Of a DNA stretch of 64,000 bases, positions 37,414 through 47,333 are shown piece by piece. Positions within the stretch are counted from its first letter, which is position 1. The number at the start of each line of letters is the position of its first letter. The DNA comes from Candidatus Micrarchaeota archaeon. GTDB lineage: Archaea > Micrarchaeota > Micrarchaeia > Anstonellales > Bilamarchaeaceae. The stretch is from NCBI GenBank assembly GCA_016212525.1, contig JACRGD010000005.1, positions 90,304-154,303 on the forward strand, read 5' to 3'. Below the pieces are notes generated by a model. It saw only the letters and a list, made by a program, of their open reading frames with translations, was not told where the DNA came from and ran no database searches. Both the position numbers and the translations under genes were made by a program.

Positions 37414-38266
37414 ACTCGAATTCGTTCGGGACTATTACAATTCGGATGTATCTGCAGAGCTTACTTCCGTAACTGCTCAACTTTTGGAGCTTTCCACTCT
37501 ATTCTCTAAATCCAGTTTTGAACTCTATTTCCCTTCCGGAGTTCATATTGAAGCCTTTAGCAAAGAGCTCGCTTCCTATTCAAAGGAGGACCTTAAATCT
37601 GCTCTTTCTTTGAAATCCGGGCCTATTTATGATTTATTTAGAAAACGCGGTGAATTGGTCAAGCGTAATTTCGAAAATCGCTATGAAGTTGCAAAGCTGA
37701 ATTTGTTTATTCATAAACTTTCTTCTCCAACAAAAGCAGCTATTTTTGAAGCAATTGCATTTGGTAAAATTGAAAAAGAATTGATTTTAGAAACTTCAGT
37801 TCCTCCTATTTCTTCACCTGAGATTGTCCTGGATATTTCGCCTGCTATTCCAGTCGATGCACCTGAAGTTCAATCCCTTCCTCTCTCAGCTGCATCCTCA
37901 TCTTCAGTACTTGCTCCAAACTACTCATTACTCAGTCGTCTTCTTTCCCGATGCGGTATTTTCTGTACTTTTGATGGGTTAAGTCTAAGGCCCTCTTCGT
38001 CATCCTGTTCTGAGGTTTCGTTTGTCCATAACACTCGTTTAGTTTGGCTTCCAATAGAGCGAAAGCAGGTTTTCGATGACATTCAAAAGAAAATAACTGC
38101 CCAGATGCCTACCCTTCATTTGAAAAATGCCCAAAAACAGATTGAAAAGTTCACTGATGTTCAGGAGAAAGAATTTGAAGATATTCAGGCTAACTATCTT
38201 CGATTGATAAATGAAAAAGAAGCGATTGTCGAATCTTATTTATCTGAAGATGTTTTTGTATTGTGA
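37355..38266 (+). CDS. Hypothetical coiled-coil protein
   Basis: About 300-aa ORF overlapping the protease gene end; no motif recognised. Confidence 0.6.
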   Translation: MEIKLTQVVRFIELRKKKSELEFVRDYYNSDVSAELTSVTAQLLELSTLFSKSSFELYFPSGVHIEAFSKELASYSKEDLKSALSLKSGPIYDLFRKRGELVKRNFENRYEVAKLNLFIHKLSSPTKAAIFEAIAFGKIEKELILETSVPPISSPEIVLDISPAIPVDAPEVQSLPLSAASSSSVLAPNYSLLSRLLSRCGIFCTFDGLSLRPSSSSCSEVSFVHNTRLVWLPIERKQVFDDIQKKITAQMPTLHLKNAQKQIEKFTDVQEKEFEDIQANYLRLINEKEAIVESYLSEDVFVL

Positions 38267-38291
38267 TTATTCTTATTCTAAGCCTTGATTT

Positions 38292-39860
38292 CTAGAGTTT
38301 GCGTGCCATATATGGCCCGAGTCGCTCGTATCCCTGCTTTCTATAATACTCCCGAACTCCAACTCCACTTATGATAATCATTTTAGTCTCTCCAAATTCT
38401 TCCTTAGCGATCCGTTCTGCTTCATTGAGTAATTTGGTTCCGAATCCGACGTGTTGCGATGCATCCGAACCCCGCTCGCTAACTGGAACTTCAGACCCAT
38501 AGATGTGAAGTTCGCGTATGAGTGCACTGCTTGAATCTATCTCCGATCGTACGCTTTTGGTTTTCCCTGGAATTCTCAATCGTATGAATCCTGCTATCAA
38601 TCCACTCTCATTCTCGAATGAAAGGAAGATCTCTTTCCCGCCGCTCGCATCATAATCAAATCGTTTCATTTCAAAATCGCTGTTTTTGAATTTGAGTTTT
38701 GAAAGCCCAACTTCTCTATAACGTATTTCCTGCGGTTCTATTTTCTTCTCCCGTATTTTATCTTCTACCAATTCTCGCAGGTTGCTTTTTTTGACTCCCT
38801 CTTCAATCTTTTGAGCAGGAATGTCTCTTTGAATTCTCATCACTCGAACGTATCTGGGTATGTATCTATAGAATTCTGAAATTACTTCTGCGGCTTCCTC
38901 AGCCGAATATGGTTGATATTTACCTTCTTTCTGCCATTTTGAAAGTACTGTTCCGCCGACAACTAATGTCGGGTATATTTTGAGCATGTCCGGTCTAAAG
39001 TCTGGGTTTTCAAATACCTTCCTTAGCATTGCAATGTCCTTTTGGGGACTCGATCCAGGTAGTCCGGGCATCAGATGATATACTATCTTGAAAGCTGCGT
39101 TCTTAAGCGCCAGTGTCGAGTCAATTACGTCCTTTACTTTGTGCCCCCGGTTCGTTTTTGCATAAACTTCGTCATCCGGGTTCTGGACTCCCATCTCTAC
39201 TCTTGTTGCGCCGTAGCTAAGCATCTCATCTATGTATGGAATACAGACGTCCGGTCTGGTCTCAATTGTTAGTCCAATGACCCGATGTTTTGCTTTTTCG
39301 TTTAGTTCACGTGATTCTTCGAGCGTCTTAGCTTCATCCTTTGCATTTCCGTTTAGTGCATCGTATATTCCTTTTATGAATTCGGTTTTGTACTGCTGGG
39401 ATGTTTCGAGAAAAGTTCCTCCCATGACAATCACTTCGCATTTGTCCGTCGGATGGCCTCCTCCTTCGAATTGTTTTACTCGTCCAGATGCCTGTAAATA
39501 TGAATCGTAATTAAACTGCCTGCTTCTAAGTGCTGCTGGTTCAAATCCCGTGTAACTCTTTGCTGCAAGGCCGGTAAATGGACAATAAACACAGCCCCAT
39601 TTGCACGAGTCCTGTGGTCTTATCATTACTGCTATTGGTGTAACTCCCGAAAGTGTTTTTGTGGGTTTTTTGATAATTAATTTCTTTATCTGGGGTGTAA
39701 GTTTATCTTTTGGAAATCTGGCCAATATTTCTGGGTTTTTGATTATTGATCCAAGATCATATTTTCGTGAGAGCTCCCGCTTTATCTTGTCTATATCCGT
39801 TCGACCATTTAGGATCTGTTCTATCATTAACTCTATTACTTTCTCTCTCGATTCCATCAC
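38292..39860 (-). CDS. elp3: tRNA uridine(34) acetyltransferase Elp3
   Basis: TLSGVTP, C...CVYCP radical-SAM motif, ETRPD, RIQRDIP, RELHIYG, QH.GFG, ISGVGVREYY. Confidence 0.96.
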   Translation of the reverse strand: MMESREKVIELMIEQILNGRTDIDKIKRELSRKYDLGSIIKNPEILARFPKDKLTPQIKKLIIKKPTKTLSGVTPIAVMIRPQDSCKWGCVYCPFTGLAAKSYTGFEPAALRSRQFNYDSYLQASGRVKQFEGGGHPTDKCEVIVMGGTFLETSQQYKTEFIKGIYDALNGNAKDEAKTLEESRELNEKAKHRVIGLTIETRPDVCIPYIDEMLSYGATRVEMGVQNPDDEVYAKTNRGHKVKDVIDSTLALKNAAFKIVYHLMPGLPGSSPQKDIAMLRKVFENPDFRPDMLKIYPTLVVGGTVLSKWQKEGKYQPYSAEEAAEVISEFYRYIPRYVRVMRIQRDIPAQKIEEGVKKSNLRELVEDKIREKKIEPQEIRYREVGLSKLKFKNSDFEMKRFDYDASGGKEIFLSFENESGLIAGFIRLRIPGKTKSVRSEIDSSSALIRELHIYGSEVPVSERGSDASQHVGFGTKLLNEAERIAKEEFGETKMIIISGVGVREYYRKQGYERLGPYMARKL

Positions 39861-39909
39861 TAGTTTGTTTGTCTAAATGGCTTTTAAAGATATATTGATG
39901 GCTCTGATC

Positions 39910-40722
39910 CTAGAAAAAGTTGGATATGAGTCCGGCAAAGCCATAAATCGCGCTCTCAAAGATCGGGAAAATAAGAGTTCCCTGATTTGTTGCCTTCCAG
40001 TCTCCGATGAGGTTTGAACGTATTTCCATCGTTATGTTTTTTTCATCGTGAATTATGTTGCTTGCCAGAGACGTTACCTTCACTGTCGTCTGAAATGTTT
40101 CTTCTTCGTTGCCCACTATTTCGTAATTGAGTGTCTTTGTGCTTTTTGCAGGTACGTATATCTGTTTCTTGAATGTCCATCTTCGAGGTCCTTGAGTGCT
40201 TATCTCAAAAACATCTCCTGTGGATGCCTTGTTGGTTATATCTATTGCAAATCTTGCCGGTTGGCCTGGTCCGATCAATGCTTTTGTCGGGCTAACCTGA
40301 AAATCCATGACATCATATGTGACTCGTACTCTGGCCTTTATTGTCTGTCTGCCTAATTCTTCACCGTTGTTCTCATCTATTATGTTTACTGTAAAATTGT
40401 ACTGTCCTTCTTTTGCTAGTGGATCTGCAGAAACTGTTACTTGCAGTGGGTCTGCATAAAGTTTGCTTTCTCGGGTAGTCCATCCTGGCGGAAGCGAGCC
40501 TACCGTTGCCAAATCATATCTTCCACCTTCGCTATGAAGTCCGCCTGTTTTTACTGTCGGATCAATTAGTATTGAGACTGTCTGACCTGGTCCGATTGTT
40601 CCAAGGTCCAAAACTGCGCCGTTTTCTATTTCGCCTACTGGTGGCGAAACAACTATTATTGCAAAGCTTGAACTGATAAGTAATAACATCAAAACAAAGA
40701 CTGATCTGTAATTGGCAAACAT
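39910..40722 (-). CDS. Secreted Ig-like domain protein
   Basis: Signal peptide, beta-rich repeats (PGQ..., PPGW), hydrophobic C-terminus. Confidence 0.6.
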   Translation of the reverse strand: MFANYRSVFVLMLLLISSSFAIIVVSPPVGEIENGAVLDLGTIGPGQTVSILIDPTVKTGGLHSEGGRYDLATVGSLPPGWTTRESKLYADPLQVTVSADPLAKEGQYNFTVNIIDENNGEELGRQTIKARVRVTYDVMDFQVSPTKALIGPGQPARFAIDITNKASTGDVFEISTQGPRRWTFKKQIYVPAKSTKTLNYEIVGNEEETFQTTVKVTSLASNIIHDEKNITMEIRSNLIGDWKATNQGTLIFPIFESAIYGFAGLISNFF

Positions 40723-40769
40723 GAGCTGTATTCTTAGTTAAAAGTTATAAATCTGTTTCTTGCTTCGGT

Positions 40770-42143
40770 TTATCTAAGGAGCGCTTCAAATGCCTTTTCT
40801 ATCTTTTCTTCAATCTGTTTTATTTCCAGTTCTTTTTTTGAATCCAGTTCTATTTTTCTTTCCAATCGTTTCCTCTCTAATTCTATTGCTCCGTCCCACT
40901 CTTTTTGAGTTAGTTCTTTTGGCGGTTTAATCTGGCTTAGCTGCTTTCCTGCACTCTTGGCCTCAAAGACTAGTTTTCCAACTATTCCGTGCGCATCTCT
41001 AAACGAGATCCCTTTTCGTGCGAGCGTATCTGCGATTTCGGTGGCCTGTGCATATCCGTTTTCGAGCTCTAGGGTTATTTTTTCCTCCTCGAACTCTATA
41101 TCTTCCAGAATTTTCGAAATTATTTCTGTGCTTGATATCGCTGTTTTTAGACTTTCCATCATGCAGCCTTTGGTTTCCTGCAAATCCGAATGATAGCCTG
41201 AAATAAGTCCTTTTTTGATCGAGAGTACCTGATTGAGGCTCCCATTTACTTTCGCTGCTCGCGCTCTTATGAGTTCAAGGACATCCGGGTTTTTCTTATT
41301 TGGCATAATGCTGCTGCCTGTACAATACTTGTCTGGTATTTTGATCAGCTCTTTCTGTGAAAGCCAAATCAATTCCTCAGAAATCCCAGAGAGTCGGGTC
41401 ATGTGCATGGACAAAATCCAAAGCAGTTCGGCTTCTAGCTCCCCTCTGGAGTTTATTGCATCCATTTCATTTTCTTCAATTCCATCAAAACCCAGAAGTT
41501 CTGCAGTGTATTTGCGATCTATTGGCCAACTAGTTCCTGATATCGCGCATGCACCAAGCGGATTTTTGTTCACTCTTTTTAGAAATTCAATTGTTCGATC
41601 TATGTCCCGTTCAAGTCCACTTGCTATCGATTGCGCCCAAAAGCTTATTGTTATTGGTTGAGCTACCCGCGTGTGCGTATATGCAACCATCAGACCCTTT
41701 TTCGCTGCCTGGTTTTTGAGGCTCTCCTGAATCTTGAGTACCCCTTTTGCAAATTCTATAGCTCCGTCGCGCATGTAGAGTCTAAGATCCAGAAGTACCT
41801 GATCATTTCGAGAGCGCGCGGTATGCATCTTTTTACCGGCATTTGTTTTCTTGCTTACAATTGCCTCTATATTAGAGTGGACATCCTCTAGTGCAGGATC
41901 AAGTTTTATCCTGTTCTCCATTCCTAGATTATATACCTCCTTCAGGACTCGAGATATTTCATCACTCTCCTGCTTGGTGAGAATGCTCGCTTTTGCGAGC
42001 ATTTTGACGTGGGCTAAGTTACCTAAGATGTCATAGATTATCAGTTTCTCATCTAAGACTATGTTCTCGCCCGAATTGAAGGAGATTATTTCTCCCTCAG
42101 CGCCACTAAATGCTCCCTGCCAGAGTTTTTCTGATTTCTTCAT
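40770..42143 (-). CDS. argH: Argininosuccinate lyase
   Basis: EDVHSNIE, HTARSRNDQV, GSSIMPNKKNPD, SFRDAH. Confidence 0.95.
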   Translation of the reverse strand: MKKSEKLWQGAFSGAEGEIISFNSGENIVLDEKLIIYDILGNLAHVKMLAKASILTKQESDEISRVLKEVYNLGMENRIKLDPALEDVHSNIEAIVSKKTNAGKKMHTARSRNDQVLLDLRLYMRDGAIEFAKGVLKIQESLKNQAAKKGLMVAYTHTRVAQPITISFWAQSIASGLERDIDRTIEFLKRVNKNPLGACAISGTSWPIDRKYTAELLGFDGIEENEMDAINSRGELEAELLWILSMHMTRLSGISEELIWLSQKELIKIPDKYCTGSSIMPNKKNPDVLELIRARAAKVNGSLNQVLSIKKGLISGYHSDLQETKGCMMESLKTAISSTEIISKILEDIEFEEEKITLELENGYAQATEIADTLARKGISFRDAHGIVGKLVFEAKSAGKQLSQIKPPKELTQKEWDGAIELERKRLERKIELDSKKELEIKQIEEKIEKAFEALLR

Positions 42144-42147
42144 TTTC

Positions 42148-43389
42148 TCACTGCTTTCCTTTCTTCTTTCGGTTTATTATGGCATTGTGCGCCATAAGTC
42201 GTACTGCATTTATTTTTATGAATCCTCTGGAATCTTTTTGATCGAACCCACCTGCAATGTTCATGCTAGAAAGATCTTGGTTATATAGTGAGCTTGGCGA
42301 TTGCCGACCTGTTATCGTTATATTGCCCTTATAGAGGCTCATCATAACGACTCCGTCTATTATTTCCTGGCTCTTGTTTATTGCGGCCATCAAAAAGTCC
42401 ATTTCCGGGCTAAACCAGAATCCATTGTATACCAGCTCGGCAAACTTTGGCGCCAACATATCTCGTAATCGCATGACTTCACGATCCATGGCTATCGATT
42501 CGATGTCCATATGTGCCGCCCGCAAAATTGTTGCTCCTGGCGTTTCGTAAACTCCCCGCGACTTAATGCCTACAAACCGATTCTCGACAATGTCTATTCT
42601 TCCAATCGCATTCTGAGCTCCCAGTTCATTTAGGTACATAAAGACCTCAAGCGGATCCGTTTTCTCAACGCCTGTTTTTTTGTTGACGACCTTGACTGGC
42701 ACGCCATCTTTGAAATGTATCTCAATGTGTGTTTCCTCATCTGGCGCATCTTTTGCAGATTTGGTCCATTCGAACATATCTGAAGTTGGAGCAATCATCG
42801 GATCTTCCAATATTCCCGATTCGTAACTGATGTGCATCAGATTTGCGTCTGTGCTGTAAGGTTTTGCGTGTGTTGCCTTTATCGGAATTCCCTTCTCCTT
42901 TGCATAGTTAATTAGGTCAGTTCTTCCCTTGAACTTTGCCAAAAATTCCTCGTCTTTCCACGGTGCGATGACCTTTATCTGAGGGTCCAGCGCATAGTAT
43001 GTGAGTTCGAATCGGACCTGATCGTTTCCTTTGCCCGTGGCTCCATGTGAAACATATTGCGCGCCTTCTTTTTTGGCAATTTCCATCTGTTTCTTTGCAA
43101 TGACTGGGCGTGCGAGAGACGTTCCAAGCAGATATCTTCCCTCATATATGGCATTCACCTTGATTGCCGGGAAAATATAATCGGTTACGAATTCTTTTTT
43201 GAGATCCTCAACATAGACTTTACTCGCGCCGCATTTGAGTGCCTTTTCTTTTGCTGCCAATAAATCCTCGTTCTGTCCGACATCTGCAATGTATGCTACA
43301 ACTTCATAGCCTTTTTCTACTAGCCAGACTAAAATGCATGAAGTATCCAATCCACCCGAATAAGCCAAAACAACTTTTTCTTTTGTCAT
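42148..43389 (-). CDS. argG: Argininosuccinate synthase
   Basis: [40 protein letters not shown]. Confidence 0.97.
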   Translation of the reverse strand: MTKEKVVLAYSGGLDTSCILVWLVEKGYEVVAYIADVGQNEDLLAAKEKALKCGASKVYVEDLKKEFVTDYIFPAIKVNAIYEGRYLLGTSLARPVIAKKQMEIAKKEGAQYVSHGATGKGNDQVRFELTYYALDPQIKVIAPWKDEEFLAKFKGRTDLINYAKEKGIPIKATHAKPYSTDANLMHISYESGILEDPMIAPTSDMFEWTKSAKDAPDEETHIEIHFKDGVPVKVVNKKTGVEKTDPLEVFMYLNELGAQNAIGRIDIVENRFVGIKSRGVYETPGATILRAAHMDIESIAMDREVMRLRDMLAPKFAELVYNGFWFSPEMDFLMAAINKSQEIIDGVVMMSLYKGNITITGRQSPSSLYNQDLSSMNIAGGFDQKDSRGFIKINAVRLMAHNAIINRKKKGKQ

Positions 43390-43429
43390 AGTTTTTCACC
43401 TTTTTTATTGATGTTAATATTTCTTTTTT

Positions 43430-44407
43430 CTACTCTCGAACTAATGGAAGCGTAGAGCATCGGGCATATCCTTCGCCTAGAACTACTTCGTCCATTGGCA
43501 GATGTATGACCTCCGTTCCCAGATTATTAAGTATTTCTATTACTTTCTCGCATCGCGGATTTACAAACACTGTCTCCGGGTTAATCCAGAATCCGTTTGT
43601 TCCAAGAAGCTTTGCTTCAGTCTGTGAAATTCCATGGAGTTTTCCATATACTTTCTTTAGGAGTGTCACTGATGCTGGATCTGCAAATGCAGATTCATAA
43701 ACCAACGCGCCTCCGGGATGTCCGTTTGGTTTTGCAATCGGTCCAAATGCACAATCCAAGTGTAGGATTCCTGGTTTTAGTGGCACGTTTATAACTTCAA
43801 ATTCCGTGCCTACTACTTCCTGTAGCCATTTGACTGCCGCCAAATTTGTTCGATCACCCGTACCCAAAAACAACAAATCTCCCTCGAGTACTACGTTTCC
43901 TCCTTCTATCATGACCTCGCGGGGTGGTATGATTCCTCCGATTAGTTGCTCTTGCTCGGGCTTTCGAACATCTGCTCCCATATTGCAATGGATTAATTTT
44001 TTCCCTGCCACAAAACCAATGTCTCGGGTATAAACCCCCTCTGGTATGTTTTCTTTTGGAGGAAGCAGTTGCACCTCTATTCCATGTGAAACCAATGCCA
44101 TTATGAATCCAAAATGCTCGATTACTGCCTTTGACCGGTTTGGTCGATTGTCCATATTTGCAGCTTCTGCTTGATTTATTGGTGTTCCCCAGTCAAGATA
44201 TGCTGGAAGAGAAACAACTACTGTCCTGACTTTACCTCGTTCGTCTTTAGCGTTTACTCCACAAATTCCAGCTGATACGCTGTCTACTAACTGTATGTGT
44301 TCAAGCTGTCCTCCTTTTCCCATAAATCCATGTGCAAGTGAGACTGCAATTTTATCAATTGGTCGAAAACCATTTTTTGCAGCTGTTGCTGTAGATGTTG
44401 TAGTCAT
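43430..44407 (-). CDS. Pentein / amidinotransferase-family enzyme (DDAH or arginine deiminase-like)
   Basis: VYTRD, IEGGNV, RTN, LHLDC, and C-terminal G..RCSTLPL with the catalytic Cys. Confidence 0.85.
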   Translation of the reverse strand: MTTTSTATAAKNGFRPIDKIAVSLAHGFMGKGGQLEHIQLVDSVSAGICGVNAKDERGKVRTVVVSLPAYLDWGTPINQAEAANMDNRPNRSKAVIEHFGFIMALVSHGIEVQLLPPKENIPEGVYTRDIGFVAGKKLIHCNMGADVRKPEQEQLIGGIIPPREVMIEGGNVVLEGDLLFLGTGDRTNLAAVKWLQEVVGTEFEVINVPLKPGILHLDCAFGPIAKPNGHPGGALVYESAFADPASVTLLKKVYGKLHGISQTEAKLLGTNGFWINPETVFVNPRCEKVIEILNNLGTEVIHLPMDEVVLGEGYARCSTLPLVRE

Positions 44408-44474
44408 GGTTTCTTTAGCTCAAAATTTCATATTTAAACATTTCGTAACTATTGTTACATTTTAATGATTCATT

Positions 44475-44489
44475 GTTACAAATGGAACA
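44475..44489 (-). promoter_or_regulatory. Candidate operator TGTTCCATTTGTAAC upstream of the pentein-argG-argH genes
   Basis: Exact reverse complement of 45148-45162; imperfect palindrome GTTAC-N4-GTAAC. Confidence 0.55.
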
Positions 44490-44493
44490 ATTA

Positions 44494-45081
44494 TTAATTC
44501 GCAATCGTAATCATGGTCGGCTCAAGTACCTCGATTTTCTCTATCACATTTCCTGATTGAACCTGAGTTATTCCATGACCAAATATGACCCACTTTTCGC
44601 TTTTGTGCTGCCAATCACTTTGCAATACATACCATCCGTTTATCGGGTTGGTGTGCGTGGCTCGCCATATCAGTGCTTGTCCATATTCTGAACTTTTTAT
44701 CTCTTTCATAAGTGCTTTTGCAATCCCCTTTCCCTGATTCTCTGCTGGCACTGCGATCTTATCTAGATAGGCAACATCGCCTATTTTTTTCACTATTGCT
44801 GCTCCTTCATAGTTGCCTGCTATCAAAATCTCCAGCACTGCTGGTTCTTTCATTTCAAAATAATCGTCTTTGAGTTTTTTGCCAAAGCTTCGCTCAAGAA
44901 GTTCTTTCAATCGAGTTTTATCAACTTCATCAAAACTTGCATATTTTCTTATCTCGACCAGTTGTCTTGGCTTTTCACTTATGGATTTTGAACCAAATCC
45001 TGCTTGTGCGGATGGTGTGGTCCTCCCAACTCCTGATTGTGATTTCTCATCCCTATCAAATATTTTTCTTAATTCGTGCAT
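44494..45081 (-). CDS. Stand-alone N-acetyltransferase resembling the NAT (DUF619) domain of N-acetylglutamate synthase
   Basis: LLERSFGKKL..DYF, YEGAAIV, YLDKIAV..QGKGIA, LIWRA...NPINGWY; arg gene context. Confidence 0.75.
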   Translation of the reverse strand: MHELRKIFDRDEKSQSGVGRTTPSAQAGFGSKSISEKPRQLVEIRKYASFDEVDKTRLKELLERSFGKKLKDDYFEMKEPAVLEILIAGNYEGAAIVKKIGDVAYLDKIAVPAENQGKGIAKALMKEIKSSEYGQALIWRATHTNPINGWYVLQSDWQHKSEKWVIFGHGITQVQSGNVIEKIEVLEPTMITIAN

Positions 45082-45118
45082 TGCTTTTTTTGTTATTTTT
45101 CTTTATTATAACTCTGAC

Positions 45119-45162
45119 GTGACATTTGTATCATTTTATATATTTTCTGTTCCATTTGTAAC
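45119..45162 (+). promoter_or_regulatory. Candidate operator pair in the divergent promoter (GTGACATTTGTATC and TGTTCCATTTGTAAC)
   Basis: Two GTTAC-N4-GTAAC-like boxes flank a TTTATATA box just upstream of the ACT regulator. Confidence 0.55.
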
Positions 45163-45165
45163 TTC

Positions 45166-45768
45166 ATGAAAGAAAACGTAAGCGAGCTCGTATGGCTCTA
45201 TGTCAAAAAAAGACCCCTCATAAAATCTGCCCTAAAAGATGGTATTGTTAATTATTCTGCACTCGCTCGTAGGATTTCTCATGATCTGTTTTCCGGATCT
45301 AAAAAAACTAATGCAGTGAAAATGGCACTCGTGCGTCTCTACTCCAAACTTTCAAAGAATTCAGACGAATTAGAGTCAAAAATCCTCGATGTTCTTCAAA
45401 AGAGTTCACTTAGTATCAAGACAAAAATTTCGGTTATTATTACCCGAGGCGAAATCGAAAGGCTCAAATATCTTTCTTACGTCGAGAGTCGGGGTATCGT
45501 GACTTACGTGGTTGATGATCTGGAACTGGAGAAAGTCAAGCATTCAAAACTCCTGATTCAGATTGAAAAAAATCTCAATCTGATAATCATTCACAGTCCT
45601 CCATCTATTGAAGAAACGCCTGGTGTAATCTCACACATCATCGATTCCTTATCTGCAGAGGGCATAAACATAGTCGAATTTATCTCTTGTTACACTGATA
45701 CTATCTTAGTCATTAAACAAGCCGACACAACCCGTACACACCAGATCATTGCGGATATGATGTCCTGA
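45166..45768 (+). CDS. Putative amino-acid-sensing regulator (N-terminal HTH-like, C-terminal ACT)
   Basis: GIVNYSALARRI..AVKMALVR N-terminal helices; ETPGVI...LSAEGINIVEFISCYTD ACT motif. Confidence 0.75.
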   Translation: MKENVSELVWLYVKKRPLIKSALKDGIVNYSALARRISHDLFSGSKKTNAVKMALVRLYSKLSKNSDELESKILDVLQKSSLSIKTKISVIITRGEIERLKYLSYVESRGIVTYVVDDLELEKVKHSKLLIQIEKNLNLIIIHSPPSIEETPGVISHIIDSLSAEGINIVEFISCYTDTILVIKQADTTRTHQIIADMMS

Positions 45769-45776
45769 CCTAGCAA

Positions 45777-47285
45777 TCAGACGAACGCATCAACGCCCTT
45801 CTCTTTCTTCTCCTTTTTTTCTTCAAATTCGATTGCCTGGAGGTGCAACGCTTTCCCACGTTCGCGCTTTTCTGATTTTCGCTCTCGTACTCTGATAAAT
45901 ATCGGATAGTTGACCGCTTCACCAATTATGATGGCCTCTCCGACTTTGAGCGAAGTTATACTTCCCGCCACTCTGGCATCGATTCCCTCTGCGCTTTTTT
46001 GTATGTGATCAATGTCGTTGGGATTTGTAACTCGAAGAATTATGTGTGTGTTGCACTGCGAGAGTGCAGTCGTGCTTAGATTCACTGGTCTCTGACTTAT
46101 CAGGCCCAGCGATGCGCCAAACTTTCGACCCTCTCTTGCAATGGTCTCTATTACATTTCGTGAAACTGCTTCACGCTCTTCTGCTTTTTCCTTTGCAAAA
46201 TTGTGTGCTTCTTCAATTAACAGAAGAAATGGTGGAATCTTGCCTTTTTTACGCAGGTTGAATAGTCTGCGTGCAAGCATTGTAACTAGAATCTGTTTCT
46301 TTCGCTGCGAATCTATTGTGCTAAAATCAAGTATCGTGAGTTTGCCCGGGGCGATATCGCTAATGAGTTTGGGATACTCCTTCTTTTTCGATAAGAATCG
46401 ATACCTCTTTATCTCCATCAGGCTTCTCTTTAGTGCCCGTTTGGTTTTATCGTCCTGGTCATGTATTTCTATCCGGGCCATCAATTCGGTAAATTTGAAG
46501 CCCTCTCCGTCCTTGTTTTTCTCTTTCAGTTCGTGAATTGAATTTCTTAGCAAATCCCGTTGCGCAGGGCTCAAATCCGGTAGCCATTCCATTATGGTTT
46601 CCGGACTTATTTTCTTCATCGGAACCGTTATCTCATTTCCGTCTATTATCTGGGTCTGTTTGCCAAATATTGGGTCAAATCCGAATCCAACATACTCGCC
46701 ATGTATGTCTATTACTATTATCGCTACTCGGCCCTGCTCTTTCTTGCGCGAAAGTAGTTCCTCTAAAATCACGCTTGAGAGGTGTGATTTTCCGGCTCCG
46801 CTCATGGCCAATATGGCAAAATGTTTTTGTAAAAGTCGTGTTAATGAGACTTTGGCTTCCACTGGATGATGCTCTATATTTCCTAAATGAAGTCCTTCCT
46901 GCTCGAAACCCAGGAATTTCACCAATTTTTCTGCATCTGCTTCTACTACTTCAAGGCCCGGTGATGGAGGGACAAAAAGTCGCTCGAATTTTCCGCCTCT
47001 AAATGTTCCGAGCACCTTTACTCTTCCGCTAAGATACTCCCACCCGTCTGATGGAAAATGTTCTCTCACCGAGCTGGTTAGTTCGAATTCTGCTACGCTT
47101 TCGGCCTTCTCAAAATATCGATTGGCCTTGAATATCTCACTTACGAACCCGAAGATGAGTCCCTCCTTATCCTTTACCTGAACATACTGGCCTTTTTTGG
47201 CTTCCTGATTTTTTATTACGAAAAAGAATTCGAATGTGGATGGTGAATCTTCTCTGCTAATTATTGTGCCTAATCGTTTATCCAT
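45777..47285 (-). CDS. HerA/FtsK-family ATPase with an N-terminal HAS barrel
   Basis: HFAILAMSGAGKS, DIHGEY, LIEEAHNF, AREGRKFG, SQRP, LSQCNT. Confidence 0.9.
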   Translation of the reverse strand: MDKRLGTIISREDSPSTFEFFFVIKNQEAKKGQYVQVKDKEGLIFGFVSEIFKANRYFEKAESVAEFELTSSVREHFPSDGWEYLSGRVKVLGTFRGGKFERLFVPPSPGLEVVEADAEKLVKFLGFEQEGLHLGNIEHHPVEAKVSLTRLLQKHFAILAMSGAGKSHLSSVILEELLSRKKEQGRVAIIVIDIHGEYVGFGFDPIFGKQTQIIDGNEITVPMKKISPETIMEWLPDLSPAQRDLLRNSIHELKEKNKDGEGFKFTELMARIEIHDQDDKTKRALKRSLMEIKRYRFLSKKKEYPKLISDIAPGKLTILDFSTIDSQRKKQILVTMLARRLFNLRKKGKIPPFLLLIEEAHNFAKEKAEEREAVSRNVIETIAREGRKFGASLGLISQRPVNLSTTALSQCNTHIILRVTNPNDIDHIQKSAEGIDARVAGSITSLKVGEAIIIGEAVNYPIFIRVRERKSEKRERGKALHLQAIEFEEKKEKKEKGVDAFV

Positions 47286-47333
47286 ATCTGGTTTTGGTAT
47301 AGAAAATTAATATTCCTGCTCTTCCTTTTTGAG

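Noticed and set aside
45777..47285. HerA as part of a herA-nurA-mre11-rad50 operon or a defence pair
   Set aside because: No nurA, mre11, rad50, SIR2 or nuclease neighbour is present; the role is left unassigned.
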